This document shows, piece after piece, positions 12,058 to 25,736 of a stretch of DNA of 64,000 nt (position 1 is its first letter; each line of letters begins with the position of its first letter). The position numbers and the translations under genes are program-made. Source of the stretch: Octopus vulgaris (taxonomy: Eukaryota); NCBI GenBank assembly GCA_951406725.2, contig OX597827.1:57412001-57476000 (forward strand), in the 5' to 3' direction. A model generated the notes under the pieces. It was not told the DNA's origin and made no database searches. It worked only from the letters and a program-made list of their open reading frames with translations.

Positions 12058-12376
12058 TGTGAAAGCGCGTGGCGTAGTGGTTAGGGCATTTGGTTCACGA
12101 TCGTGAGATCGTAAGCTCAATTCCCGTCGACGAGTTGTGTCCTTGAGCCAGACAATTTATTTCACGTTGCTCCAGTCCACTCAGCTGGCAAAAATGAATA
12201 GTACATGTATTTCAAAGGGCCAGCCTTGTCACATTGTGTCACGCTGAATCTCCCCAAGAACTACGTTAAGGGTACACGTGTCTGTGGAGTGCTCAACCAC
12301 TTGCACGTGAATTTCATGAGCAGGCTGTTCTGTTGACCGGATCAACAGATTACGTCACCGTAATCAAGGGAGTGCT
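12058..12376 (+). mobile_element. tRNA-derived SINE, family A-related (tail type 2)
   Basis: GTGGCGTAGTGGTTAGGG head, TGTGTCCTTGAGC central block, tail CAAAGGGCCAGCCTTGTCAC..GGGTACACGTGTCTGTGGAGTGCTC shared with 29062 and 39597. Confidence 0.8.
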
Positions 12377-13883
12377 AGCTGCATGCTGCATTTGCATGCG
12401 TGAGGTTATGACATTAAACAGCATCTCGTAGTGGGGACCCGCGTTCAGATGTTTCAGAGTTTTGATGAATGTGGAACCACCTCATTGCCATTATTGTTCC
12501 CAGACCTACTTTGACCAGGAATAGTAGCACCTGCCAGGCCCCAGCTGTGGGTTAAACAGGATGTAATTACCCGAGACAAGGAACGTTGAAATCATAGGCT
12601 GCAAGATTTTTGTGGATGCGAATTATTTCGTCCAGTGAATCTTGTTGAGTCATTGGCGAATGTCCGTAGATTCTGAGCGGATAAACAGACCACAAACTAC
12701 CAACGACCAGGATCAACCAGTTCAATTAGCGAATTATTGCTATTGTCTGCAGTTGGTGTGCGTAGATGAGATATTTCAGCTTACGAAAGACCAGTATGTC
12801 TATAACCCGTGTTAGACATTCGTAACTCATCGCTCAATCACTATGTCTGGCGTGAAAGAGTTAGATTGGTTCAAGCCCGATGCCCGACCAGATGATGCTG
12901 ATGTGTGCGTACATGTGTGCTGAGAAGTGTGTGTGTGTGAGCGTCAGAATGTGTGTGTATGTTCTGAGTAGTGTTTATAGTACGAATATGACGTAATAAT
13001 GTGTGTATGTGTATGTGCGTGTGTGTGTGCGTGTGTGTGTGCGTGATGTGAACTCGAAGGTGTTTATCGGTTTGGGATGCGTATCACATGTAGTGATACA
13101 GGGCGTATTTGTCTGGTGTCCATACCATCATATATCATGTACACCCTCAATTTTTTTTTCGTCTTGGAACATGTGAAAACAAAGCTTTATATTACTTAGA
13201 ACCTTATGAAACACGGCTAACTAAAAGTCTGAAAACAAGCAGGGACGTTTAGAACAAATTTATGAAAATGCATTGGACAGGTAAAGGGTTAAGGAGAAAA
13301 GCAATGTTATTAGAGTAGGGAACGCGATAATTAATCTTAGGTGGATGGATTGTACTTAGCCGTAAAGTATATCGTTGTTCACAATGCGACAGATGGATGA
13401 CCCGTAGTGTTGTACAATAGTATAAACAGCAAGATGCATGATGTTAAGATTAGAGAATTGAAACAGGTTAAATGCCTAAATTATATGCAGAGTTGCGTTG
13501 GGCGTATTCTCTGAAAGGATCAACCAGATACCAACCAGTTTCGTCAATACACAGAAAGTTGCACAACTGGCATTTTATGCAATTATATTGCCTGGCATAT
13601 TATGCAATATAATTATTGTTATATTGCATAAAATGAAAACTCACCAGAACATTCAATGTCAGAAGAAATTGCGGTCCTGGCATTACTCTCTCTCCTTTAA
13701 CTTCCTTGCATATCTCCCGTTCCTCCGTTACCATACGCACGCACAGATGCATCCTGTATCCATCATGTTGTTTTCGATGTATGCTGTTTTTCAATTAGCA
13801 TTTTCTTTCTTATATTTCTGCGTCACTAGTCTTGCAGAAAAAAACCACTGTACGAAAAGTTTAGTTCTCCTCCATTCCTGAGA

Positions 13884-14146
<263 letters not shown>

Positions 14147-14600
14147 AGGGCTACAGCAAATATTCTGTTCAATACCACAGATTTGCTTGTCAGTTGTTTG
14201 ACCTTAACCAGTTGAGCATGCCCCTTAGTGGCTGACGATATGTGCATCTCTGATCACGAGCAGAAGTAGTAGGGGAGCATCATAGTCACATGTTGTGAGG
14301 GATTCTTTGGGGTTTGAATAATTCACCTCTGGAAACATGGGTGTTTCGTTCAACATCCTTAAACAACCCTTATTCAGGGACCTTTTGAGTGGGATGGGTT
14401 ACTCGACCAGAAGAAAAAACCTACTGGGTCCCACCTGCAAATTAATCTTGGTATCTTGATATGAGATTACCATTTTGATTACATATGGTTGTGTACCATT
14501 ATCAGGCAAGTAGTTATGACGAGTATATTGGGCTTCGTATATTTGTACCCCAGTGTCAATTTGATGCCATACGCTGCTCTCTAACTCAATAATAATAATA
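14147..14600 (+). mobile_element. Repeat family D
   Basis: High similarity to 9168-9620; ends CTCAATAATAATAA. Confidence 0.78.
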
Positions 14601-14601
14601 A

Positions 14602-15239
14602 ACCTTTCTAGTAAAGGCACAAGGCCTGAAATTCGTGGGGGAGGAGATTAGTCGATTACATCGACCCCAGTGCGTAACTGGTACTTATTTTTCATCGACA
14701 CTGAAAGGATGAAAAACTAAAGTCGACCTCGGCGGAATTAGAACTCAGAACGTAAAGACGGACGAAATACCGCTAAGCATTTTGCCCAGCGCGGTAACGA
14801 TTCTGCCCGGTTGCCGCCTTAATGGTAATAATTCTGGCACTAGGCCAGCAAGTTCGGTGGGAAGGAGATAAGTAGATTGTATCAACTCTTGTATTCAATT
14901 GGTACTTATTTTTATTGACCCAGAAAGGATGAAAGGCAAAATCTACCATCGAGGAATTCAAACTCAGAACGTAACGCCACACTAATTCCGCCAAGCACTT
15001 TCTCCGGCGGGCTAACGATTCTTATTTCTTTATTGCCCACAAGGGGCTAAACACAGAGGGGACAAACAAGGACAGACAAAGGGATTAAGTCGATTACATC
15101 AACCCTAAAGAAAAATTAACGAAAAGATGAAAAGCAAAAAATGACCTCGACGGAATTTGAACTCAGAACGTAAGGACGGACGAAATGTTGCTAAGCATTT
15201 TGTCCGGTGTGCAAACGATTCCGCCAACCTCGCCGCCTA
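14602..15239 (-). mobile_element. Cluster of three SINE family B copies
   Basis: Three successive GTCGACCTCGGCGGAATTTGAACTCAGAACG..CTAAGCATT blocks, the reverse complement of the family B head and body. Confidence 0.8.
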
Positions 15240-15655
15240 ATCTAGTTCAGTTATTAACTCAACGAGTGGAACCTCACCTCTCTTCTTTAACGTAATAATT
15301 TCTCAGTAACCACAGTGGCCTAAACAAGAGGGAACGTCTAGTACCAGAAATCAGAATCTTTGCTGGCGCAGAGCTTACCGCTTGTTACTAAAGTATAAAT
15401 AAAATAAACTAAATTTGTATTAATTGCCAGGCTCCGGCTTTTCAACAAATTGTCTCAACTCGAAACAAGATAATTGGTTTATGCAGAAGACAACTATAAT
15501 CTGTCTTGTCAAACTATTGAGCAGACTGTTATCGTAAATAATGACTTACATTTTTGGGGGGGCTGGATTATAGATTCTCTAAAATCTTAAACAAGTTCTA
15601 TCGTTCGTAAGCGGATTATTATCGATACTTAGACTATGTATGTATATATGGATGT

Positions 15656-15702
<47 letters not shown>

Positions 15703-15953
15703 CACACACATATATGCGTATGCATGTGTGTATATGTGTATCTATATATATATATATATATATTTATATATGTATACATATACACATATATGTACATTTG
15801 TATATATATATATATGTTTATCAGTATGTATGTATATGTACACATACATACGTATTATTTGGGTATATATATAATTATATTGTATGGATGCATATATATA
15901 TATATGTGTGTGTATGTGTGTGTATGTATATGCATGTGTGTACTTGTATGTGT

Positions 15954-15994
<41 letters not shown>

Positions 15995-16640
15995 CAGTTA
16001 AGGTGTCTAATATCGTCTTGCAGACTGTTCTGTCGCAGACGATAGACAGTTTATAGGATTTTTTTGGTCATATATGGAGAGGGTGAAATATTTCTTTATA
16101 TTCTTCTTCTTCTTCTTCTTCTTCTTCGTCTCCTCCCCTTCCCCTCCTCCCTCCTCCCTCCTCCTCTTCTTCCTTTCTACTCATTCTTTCGACATTGATT
16201 CCTATTCCCGGCGAGGCCACCAGCTTCGTTAAATCTAAAGTATCACATCTGGCGAGATCCTCATTAACTTGTGTAATATAAGTCTTTCTCAGAAACTCCT
16301 CCAGTAAGAGAAGGCCCTCGAAACTTCATTTCATGATTATATAAAAAAAAAAAATGCCAAAAAAAAAACCTAGTTCGGCCACTGCTATAATTGTTCTTCT
16401 CAAAGCTGACTGAGATATAGCCGTAGGCATTTTTTATTGGATTAGATTTGGCGATAAAAATAAAGGTCTGTAGACTAGGAGTTAGGTTTTATTCAAAAGC
16501 ATTTTGTGTAGAGCAACGCATTTAGACGCTGGACAGGGTTTCCTAGAGCGAGCAGGGTTCTCCAATCAATCACCAGGCCGTGGATCATTTGGTCCCGGGC
16601 CATACAGAAGGAATAAAGTTCAAAATTTTATTTCCATTTC

Positions 16641-16830
16641 ATTATCTTGCGCGCGTTAGCGAAAGCAGGGTATTGAGGTATCTAATATCGCTTTGCAGAC
16701 TGTTCTCTCGGAGAGGATGTCTGTGTTCTGTGTTTTCAATATAACTGGAAAATGGCTGAACGGATTTTCACAAAATTAGGCAGAAATGCTCATTGAGTGA
16801 GTAGCTCGAAATGATGAAAATTTGGTTTAT
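16641..16830 (+). mobile_element. Possible DINE-1/HINE-like (Helentron-associated) fragment
   Basis: TCTGTG..ATAACTGGAAAATGGCTGAACGGATTTTCACAAAATTAGG resembles the core of DINE-1-like elements (recall-based); 16672-16718 recurs at 15998-16043. Confidence 0.4.
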
Positions 16831-16880
16831 CTTCAAACTTACATAAATGCAGTTCTATATTTAAGAGATGAAGATTTATG

Positions 16881-17066
16881 TACATTATTTACATTATTTA
16901 CATTCGACATATATTTGTCCTCATCTTGTTTGTTGTTAACACGACGTTTCAGCTGATATACCCTCCAGCCTTCTTCAGGTGTCTTGGGGAAAGTTCGAAC
17001 CTGGGTTCTCATTCCTAAGGTATTTTCCGATGTTGTTGTTGTTATTATTATTATTATTATTATTAT

Positions 17067-17110
<44 letters not shown>

Positions 17111-17183
17111 TTGCTCAGGTCACTGCTTGGAATCAAACTCGGAATCTTGGGGTTAGTAGCCCGCGCTCTTAACCACTAAGCCC
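16881..17183 (-). mobile_element. SINE-like element family E: tRNA-like head, trinucleotide linker, hammerhead-bearing tail
   Basis: Minus strand: GGGCTTAGTGGTTAAGAGCGCGGGCTACTAACCCCAAGATTCCGAGTTTGATTCC (A/B boxes), (TAC)(TAA)(CAA) linker, ~160-bp tail with HHR; second copy at 39398-40003. Confidence 0.75.
16938..16983 (-). ncRNA. Minimal type I hammerhead ribozyme motif
   Basis: GACAC-CTGAAGA-A-GGCTG(GAGGGTATAT)CAGCT-GAAAC-GTC-GTGTT: core intact, stem I 5 bp, stem II 5 bp with G-U closing pair, loopless palindromic stem III (ACGT). Confidence 0.75.
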
Positions 17184-17192
17184 GTGGGCATA

Positions 17193-17380
<188 letters not shown>

Positions 17381-17384
17381 ATTA

Positions 17385-17690
17385 AATACCCTGATGCGGT
17401 ACAAGGCAGTGGCTGTCGTAGCTTCTGATCTTAACTGATTGGAAGTGTTATCATGTACATTCTTTTGTCTTGGTATAAAAGATGGGCTACAGCAAATATT
17501 CTGTTCAATACCATACATCTGCTTGTCAGTCGTTTAACCTTAACCAGTTGGGCATGTCCCTTAGTGGCTGATGATATGTGCATCTCTGATCACGAGCAGA
17601 AGTAGTGGGGGAGCATCATAGCCATGCGTTGAGAGGGATTCTTTGTGAGTTGAATAATTCACCTCTGGAAACATGGGTGTTTCGTTTACT
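17385..17690 (+). mobile_element. Repeat family D (3'-interrupted)
   Basis: Matches 9100-9370 and 14147-14350; begins right after (TAA)n. Confidence 0.78.
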
Positions 17691-18060
17691 TCGACCCCAG
17701 TACTCAACTGGTAATTATTTTATCGACCCTGGAAGGATGAAAGGCAAGGCTGATCTCGACGGAATTTGAACTCAGAGCGTAAAGGCGGAGGAAATGCTGC
17801 TCGGCATTTCGTCCGGTGTGCTAATGATTCTACCAGCTCGCTGCTTTGACATCATTTAAATATTGATTTCTAACATCATTACAGGGTCTCCCTTCAACTT
17901 TGGAAGAAAGGGGTAAAGTCAATTACAGTTCCCCATCCTACCATCCCACCAATATTTGACTGGTAATTTATTTAATCGATCCAGGAAGGATGAAATTTAA
18001 AGGCTATCCCAGCGGGTTTTGAAATCAGAATGCGACTTAATACCGCAACGCATTTTATGC
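17690..18060 (-). mobile_element. Two diverged SINE family B copies
   Basis: TCGACCCCAGTACTCAACTGGTA..GGAATTTGAACTCAGA blocks. Confidence 0.65.
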
Positions 18061-18409
18061 AACGCAATGTAGAATTATTGCATTTTTTTGTACTATTTTC
18101 TAGTTTATGTAACTCTAAGCTTTCTTCTTGAAATAAAACCATTCTAGACATTAAAGTTTATACTTGGCTTCTACTGGTAAATCCATTGTTTCCACTCACT
18201 TCTTTCTGATTAATCCAGCGAATTTTTGACATTTGTATGCGTGTACAAACAACTAGAAGTTTTCTTCTCATAAATTCCAATTTTAGGATCTTCCCACGTC
18301 ATCTTTGTGGCCATGTTGAAAAACGTCATGTCAACGCAGACAATACACCTGCTTGAAACAATCATCGTCGATATCGGCGACGTCGCCGTATTCCTCATCA
18401 TCATCATCA

Positions 18410-18770
<361 letters not shown>

Positions 18771-19119
18771 ATAGATGTGCTAAAAATAACAGTTAAATAG
18801 GCCTTAAGTCACGCACCAAAATATTTTTGAATAATCGTATGAATTCCCTCGTGTGGAATACAAATTCGCAAAATCTTTTCTGAAAATTCCAGAAAGAAAA
18901 ATAGTTATGAGGGGTTATATGGTCTTCTTAAAGCAGAATTTCTCCGAACCACTTAAATACAACGAAATTAAGAGTAAAATTGCAGCTAGCACAACGGACA
19001 AGATGACTTGCTGTATTTATTTCGGCACTTTACGTTCTGCATTCAGCCTTTTCTTTTCGTCCTTTTGAGGTAGATAAATTATCGTGCTAATTGGTTTCAA
19101 ATTATGGCACAATACCATA

Positions 19120-19527
19120 AGCGCAGGAGTGGCTGTGTGGTAAGTAGCTTGCTAACCAACCACATGGTTCCGGGTTCAGTCCCACTGCGTGGCATCTTGG
19201 GCAAGTGTCTTCTGCTATAGCCCCGGACCGACCAATGCCTTGTGAGTGGATTTGGTAGACGGAAACTGAAAGAAGCCTGTCGTATATATGTATATATATA
19301 TATGTATGTGCGTGTGTTTGTGTGTCTGTGTTTGTCCCCCTAGCATTGCTTGACAACCGATGCTTGTGTGTTTACGTCTCCGTAACTTAGCGGTCCGGCA
19401 AAAAGAGACCGATAGAATAAGTACTGAGCTTACAAAGAATAAGTCCCGGGGTCGATTTGCTCGACTAAAGGCGGTGCTACAGCATGGCCGCAGTCAAATG
19501 ACTGAAACAAATAAAAGAAAGAAAGAA
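19120..19527 (+). mobile_element. tRNA-derived SINE family C, full length (CORE-like block)
   Basis: Head GTGGCTGTGTGGTAAG..GGGTTCAGTCCC, CORE-like ATCTTGGGCAAGTGTCTT, internal (TA)(TG) tract, tail TGACTGAAACAAATAAAAGAA. Confidence 0.88.
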
Positions 19528-19680
19528 TACCAGAAATTTCGGGGCGGGAATAAGTCGATTACATCAACCCTAAAGAAAAATTAACGAAAGGATGAAAAGC
19601 AAATCTCGACCTCGACGGAATTCGAACTCAGAACGTAAAGACGGGCGAAATACTGCTAAGCATTTTGGCCGGCGTGCTGG
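19528..19680 (-). mobile_element. SINE family B variant
   Basis: Shares the unusual CCCTAAAGAAAAATTAACGAAA segment with 15100-15125. Confidence 0.7.
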
Positions 19681-20619
19681 GTCGATATAATCAACCGGAC
19701 CCTCCTTGCTCCCAGCTTTGTGGCTGTTTCATTATGATACAACATCAATTGAAAATGCAACTCCTTAGGGATCAATCGTAATTATTCATTCAGCTGGACA
19801 TCAAAGCACAATTTCCTGTTATTTTGCTCTCTTCTCGTACATAAAGTGAATTTGTTTTTTTAGTTCTGATACAGGATGTCGATTATCAAAAGCATTCCAT
19901 CCATGGCCAATCTCTAACTTTTTTCAGAATCGCTGTATCTAGTACTTCATTATCGATTATGTCCATACAAACATACATAGATATATCGATAGTCTTCCCT
20001 GTGTTTGTGAAATGTTTGTATCTCTGCTGTAAGGCTTCATTTCCACACACGCCAGCTGAATTCGTTTCATCCCCAGTCGAAAGACACCTGTTGTTGTGTC
20101 CTGTTATTATTATTTTTATTTTTATTATATTTTTATTGTATTTATATTGTATTTATATTTGTATAACATTGTCTGTTTCTCCGTCCTTGTTTTTGTGTAC
20201 ATTCGATGCTTTCTTCCAAGGAATCTAATGCTCTTAGCTTAGTTTTTCCTTGGGGCTGGCCAGATTGGAGCAATCTCAAGATTAATCAGCCGAAATTGCG
20301 AGGCTGATCCGGTTCTTGACTGAGGATAGAAAGCTTCGAATGACCCGTCCTTGTTTTTTTGTATCGTCTATCTGGATGTTTTCTAGTCCCTTTTTGTATC
20401 ATCTGGTTGTCCGGATGTTTTGCAGTCTTGTCCCATTTTGTATTTTATATATATATTTACAAACATACATTCAGCTCTTCATCCAGACATTTGAACGCAA
20501 TCTGAACCTGTTATCATAGGTTCACTGAACCATTGTACTGCAGGCGAGGCTTAACAGAAAGAAAGAAAACGATCTGATCCACATGCAGACGCAATCGGTT
20601 GGTGGCACAGTGGATATAT

Positions 20620-20930
20620 CTCTTTTATCTTTTATCTTTTATCTTTTACTTGTTTCAGTCATTTGACTGCAGCCATGCTGGAGCACCGCCTTCAGTCGAG
20701 CAAATCGACCGCAGGACTTATTCTTTGGAAGCCTAGTACTTATTCTGTTAGTTGAAGTACGTAGAATACTCATTGGCAGAATTTCATCATCATCAGGACT
20801 TCTTCTTTGTAAGCCTAGTACTTACTCTATCGGTCTCTTTTGCCGAAACCGCTAAGTTACGGGGATGTAAACACACCACCATCGGTTATCAAGCGATGTT
20901 GGGGGGACAAACACAAACACACAAACATAT
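20620..20930 (-). mobile_element. SINE family C, 3' half
   Basis: Family C tail in reverse; CAGGACTT..AAGCCTAGTACTTA segment present twice. Confidence 0.78.
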
Positions 20931-21007
20931 ACACACACATACATGCATATATACATACATACATACATACATACATACATACATACATACATACATACAT
21001 ACATACA

Positions 21008-21041
<34 letters not shown>

Positions 21042-21042
<1 letters not shown>

Positions 21043-21215
21043 TGAAAACATAAAAACAAATACATAGCAAAACGAACTTTTTTCGAACAACGAAAAAAAA
21101 CCAGAGAAACGAGACATGCAACATAAAGAATATTCCCCTTCATCAGTTGTCCTTGTTCCATCTACTCAGCGTTCGAAGACAAGAACAATACGCGACTCCG
21201 TTGAAACAGTCCTTC
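21042..21215. repeat. Unclassified repeat, second copy at 34270-34395
   Basis: AAACGAACTTTTTTCGAACAACG..CAACATAAAGAA..TTCCCCTTCATCAG..TCATCTAC shared between the loci. Confidence 0.7.
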
Positions 21216-21262
21216 CCGCAAAGCATACATACATATATGTGTGTGTGTGTGTCTCTCTCTCT

Positions 21263-21520
21263 CTATCCGCTCAGTCGAAGTCGACTCTCGGTCACTCGTT
21301 GGATCAGTGTCCTTCAGTCAGTTCTATCCAGGGCCGCTTCTTTCAGATTGGCTATGTCCATTGTGGTATCACTCTTGATGGTATCAAGCCAGCGGGTTCT
21401 TGGTTGGCCTCTTTCTCTCTTGCCACTGACCATTCCGAGCATGATGTCCTTCTCCAAGGATTTTCTCCGCATAATATGACCGAAATATGCCAATCTATGC
21501 TTTGTGATCCTAGCTTCTAG
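21263..21520 (-). mobile_element. RTE (BovB-like) LINE 3' end
   Basis: Minus strand: LEARITKHRLAYFGHIMRRKSLEKDIMLGMVSGKRERGQPRTRWLD..RVTESRLRLSG*, the typical RTE C-terminus; one internal stop. Confidence 0.85.
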
Positions 21521-21570
<50 letters not shown>

Positions 21571-21654
21571 TATTTGAAAAAGGAAAAGAATGACTTCACT
21601 GGTAGTTCTAATTGATTTAATTTTCTAATTAATATAATATAATATAATTTTACA

Positions 21655-21757
21655 GTTCAAATGGAGAATACTTTGAAGGCGATATAAGTGTAAGCATATA
21701 TAACTAAGTCAATAAAATAATATTGCAAAATTCCGGTTTCTTTTGGTTACCCCCTGG
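21655..21757 (+). mobile_element. Mariner 3' end fragment
   Basis: NGEYFEGD followed by TIR-like TTCCGGTTTCTTTTTGGTTACCCCCTGG|TA. Confidence 0.55.
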
Positions 21758-22102
21758 TATGAATATAATTTTTACGTACAAAGAGCGCGCGTTAGAAAAA
21801 TTTGAGAGAAATTCAACGTTGTTACGGTACATTTGTTCAACGTAACGTGCAATAAGACCAAGCTCGTAAACATGCACAGCTACGCCTGCGCGAACTTTTA
21901 CGTCCAAATTCCGTCGGGATTAACTTTGCATTTCCGTCCTTCCGGCGACAATGAAATGAATATCAGACAGGTAGGCGTGGGTAATCGATGAAACCTGATT
22001 ACAACCGCCTCATATAATACCTGGCCTTGTATCACTATTACCTCCATGCATTTTATATCCCTGGTATTGATGTAACAGTTTCAGACGGAATATTGTTTGT
22101 CT

Positions 22103-22391
22103 CTCTTTTACCTTTTACTTGTTTCAGTCATTTGACTGCGACCATGCTGGAGCACCGCCTTTAGTCGAGCAAATCGGCCCCAGGACTTATTCTTTGTAAG
22201 CCTAGTACTTATTCTATCGGTCTCTTTTGCCGAACCGCTAATGTTACGGAGACGTAAACACACCAGCATCGGTTGTCAAGCGATGTTGGGGGAACAAACA
22301 CAGACACAAACATATGTACACACATACATATATATATATATACATATATAAGAAGGGCTTCTTTCAGTTTCCGTCTACCAAATCCACTCAT
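22103..22391 (-). mobile_element. SINE family C, 5'-truncated
   Basis: Close match to the reverse complement of 19245-19520. Confidence 0.82.
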
Positions 22392-22537
22392 AACGACTTA
22401 ATTTTCGCTTTTTTAAGGCTGAGACAAACTTGAAAACTTAAATTTCTACATAATATTATGTCTTCCCACTCTCTCTCTCTCCCTCCCCCCTCTCTCTCTC
22501 AACCTTATTTGTAACCTATATCACCTGGTAAAATGGA

Positions 22538-22760
22538 TAGCGAACTGGCAGAATCGTTAGCAGGTCGGGCAAGATGCTTAGCAGCATTTCTTCAAGCTCT
22601 TTACATTCTGAGTTCAAATTCTGCCGAAGTCAACTTTGCTTTTTATCCTTCCGAAGTCGATAAAATAAAGTTCTAGTTGAACTGTGATGCTGATGTAATT
22701 TATTGTCCCCCCTCCTCTCAAAATTTCAAACTTTATGCTAAAATTAGAAAGAATATTACT
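22538..22760 (+). mobile_element. SINE family B, diverged
   Basis: GCGAACTGGCAGAATCGTTAGC..CTGAGTTCAAATTCTGCCGAAGTCAACTTTGC. Confidence 0.7.
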
Positions 22761-23119
22761 TGATAGAATTTTCCGCATGCAATCGAACCTTATGCAATGA
22801 TTCTGCGAGGGAACATCGATTTGGTCACTCGATCAGGTAGAAATAGCGACCAAATCTTTCTTAAAGGAAATCTTTGCATCTTTGAAAAAAATGGGGAAAG
22901 AAAGCTTTGAATAATGTTAGTACTGAGCCTGAAAACGACAGAATGGCCATGGTTGGAATACATTGCTCAGGACTGACCTGAAGGACACATATATCAAAGC
23001 ATGTTATTTCTGGGCTCATTGGACATACTTAGAGCATTCTTAGATAGGTTTCGGTCAGTATAGCCCCAGGCCATGTCTAACTTAAAAGCACCACCTGATG
23101 AAGTCGTTTAGTCATATAT

Positions 23120-23500
23120 GGGGCATCATGGCCCATTCTAGCAAAGAGTTATTATTGTTGAAGACATATCCGAGTGTAAGAGGTTGGTCCGGGATTTGGA
23201 GGGGAAGTTTGTCCAGAGAACGTTTGAATTTTATGGGATCTGTTCCCGTTTTGATGTTTTGACATATTTTGATATAATATTCAAGAATCTTGGAGCGGTT
23301 AAGGTAAAGTAGTTCTGTCGTAATGTTGTTATGTGTCTTGAGTTCGATTTTTGCAGTGGGCGGATAGTATGGGGGCCAAATCTTGGGTGGATTTTAAAAT
23401 TGATGCCAACATCATTTGTGCAATATTGATGGGATATTTTCCACATCACACAAATGATGTAGCGCTCACGGCGGCATTGGAGAGAGCAGAGCAGAGTTGT
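23120..23500 (-). mobile_element. CR1-group LINE ORF2 C-terminal fragment
   Basis: SLQCRRERYIICVMWKI..PRFLNII..FKRSLDK..IPDQP pattern typical of the post-RT region of CR1/L2-group elements. Confidence 0.7.
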
Positions 23501-24359
23501 TACGCTATCAGTCAATACCTAAATACTTAGCCTATTTAGTTCTATTTTCATACTTAAGTTCGGTTTATGATATACAAATAACAGACATGCATGTTTCACA
23601 TAACCGCACTTGATGTCTCAAATTGTGGTACAAAACATGAGCGGTTCAACGAAAAGGAATGACAGGTCTTAATAAAACTGGATCAGCATACTAATCTTAT
23701 TCCTTTTGGAATAGAATTCAATTTTGCTAAACTCAAATGATCGAAGGCTACGTGCTTCTGAGATCGATACAACGTGACACCTAACAAGTAGTATCTGCTC
23801 TACCTCAAGTCATACGGGAAGATGTGACGATAGCTAGAACAATCTCTAACCATAGCAATGTATGGCAAAAAGGAATTATTGTCCTGCATCTGGTAAGGAA
23901 GTCATCAACTATACCCAACCTGAATTTCTCACAGGATTTACTGGAAACAATTTAAAAAAGATTACTGAACTGAACTGATAAAAGTTCTCTCTGTGCAAGA
24001 CAACGATATTAAACTGAGGTAATTTATGTCAAAAATACAAGCTGTGCGCATTAAATATATCGTTGTGATTGAAAAGCAATTTTTACAAAATATCTTCCTC
24101 GGAGAGAGAAAAAAACCTTTCCTGAGTTGAAAACTAAATTTCTAAATCAAATAAATGTAGAAACTACCATCATTCATGCAAACTGAAAACAAAAATAAAA
24201 CGTTTCCAAGAAAAAGGAGTGAGCAACAAAGAAAAGTAGGTTTGTAGAAAACATACAAAAATGAAACTATATGTATGCATGTGTGTGTGTATGAAGAGAG
24301 AGAGAGAGGGGGGGAGAGAAAGAAAGAGAAAAAGATTTAAATATAGTCCACACGGGAAT

Positions 24360-24406
<47 letters not shown>

Positions 24407-24420
24407 TACATACATATATA

Positions 24421-24454
<34 letters not shown>

Positions 24455-25029
24455 AGAATGGTAAAAGGAATAGTTTCAGTGTATTATCAAATAGAAACTT
24501 CTAGAAACTTTATTCAATGAAAACAGCTCATTCAATATAGGCCCACAAAAGGTGAGATTTTGAAAGAACACTACTGGTGGTGGTGGTGGTGGTGGTGCAG
24601 AAGATGGTAAAACAAACAGCCAAAAACAGACAAATTCTTGATCGCTGCACCCTGTCATAGAGAGATGGAAACCAATAATTCCATCGGTAACAAGGAAGTT
24701 TTCCTATCCATTGGAGTGAAAGCAAAACAGGTGAAAAAAGAAGAAAAAACAATTACCGTCAGATTCTGCTGACTTTATCAAAACGGCCGAGTCTCTTAGA
24801 ATTATTACAAACAGCACTGACCATAAGGCCATGATTACTAGAGACATGCATACATACATATGTGTGTGCGTGTGTGTGTGTATATATATAAATATATATA
24901 TATATTTATATATATGTGCGTATGTATATATGTATATACACATACATACAGAATCGATTAAAATAAGAAGTAAAGCGTTTTATATAATGAAGTAAGGATA
25001 CCTTTTAGGGCTAACCGTTTTTTCTCATA

Positions 25030-25445
25030 GTTCTTGAAAATAAATGTTAATTTATGTTAACAGTTTGCGAGGACTTCATTGCGTTTGTTAAGGATTTTTT
25101 AACTATCTGCAAAAGTAATTTCCAGGTTTTCGCGAAAGCAGAGTTTACAGACTCCTATTACCCTCATAGGGGTTGTGCTTTAGACAATATGGATCATTTA
25201 ATTTCATAATTGATATTCTTGGATTTAAGTAAGCGAATAAGTTCGGTTAGTGAAGTGTTAGTCTTGAGATTGTTATTACGAAAGATGCATATGTGGGTTG
25301 ATATTCGGAGCTTCACCGGATTCGTAGTGGTCCTGATGTATGATTTAGTAGTGGATTTTTTTGTTACTGGGCACTGGTAAACCACGTTTGATTGGACTCA
25401 GTTTCCGTTTAATGGGCATGTCTTTCCAGGCTTGGAATTGCATAC
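25030..25445 (-). pseudogene. Penelope-like element GIY-YIG endonuclease relic
   Basis: CNSKPGKTCPLNGN*VQSNVVYQCPVT..SYIRTT..RISTH..NTSL..YEIK*SIL..CKLCFRE..LNKRNE..C*H; motif order matches PLE GIY-YIG domains; stops and a frameshift present. Confidence 0.8.
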
Positions 25446-25611
25446 GTGTTTAGGTGCAGATGTTGATGATAATTATGATGATGAGGAGGGGCCGGGTGGT
25501 GGTGGCGGTGCTGGTGCTAGTGTTAATGGGCGTGGTAATGCTGGTGCGGTTGGTGGTGCTAATATGTATGTATATATGTATGTATTTGTTTGTGAGTGTG
25601 TGTGTGTGTTC

Positions 25612-25736
<125 letters not shown>

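Noticed and set aside
13498-13881. 127-aa hydrophobic ORF as a membrane-protein exon
   Set aside because: Overlaps an AT-rich palindrome; no recognisable motif or clear splice sites.
14228-14270. CTGACGA..GCAGAAG in family D as a hammerhead
   Set aside because: GAAG (or GACG) instead of GAAA in all copies, and no stems I or III.
20315-20355. HHR-like CTGAGGA..GAATGAC in a repeat shared with 52670-52800
   Set aside because: No GAAA core and no stem I pairing in either copy.
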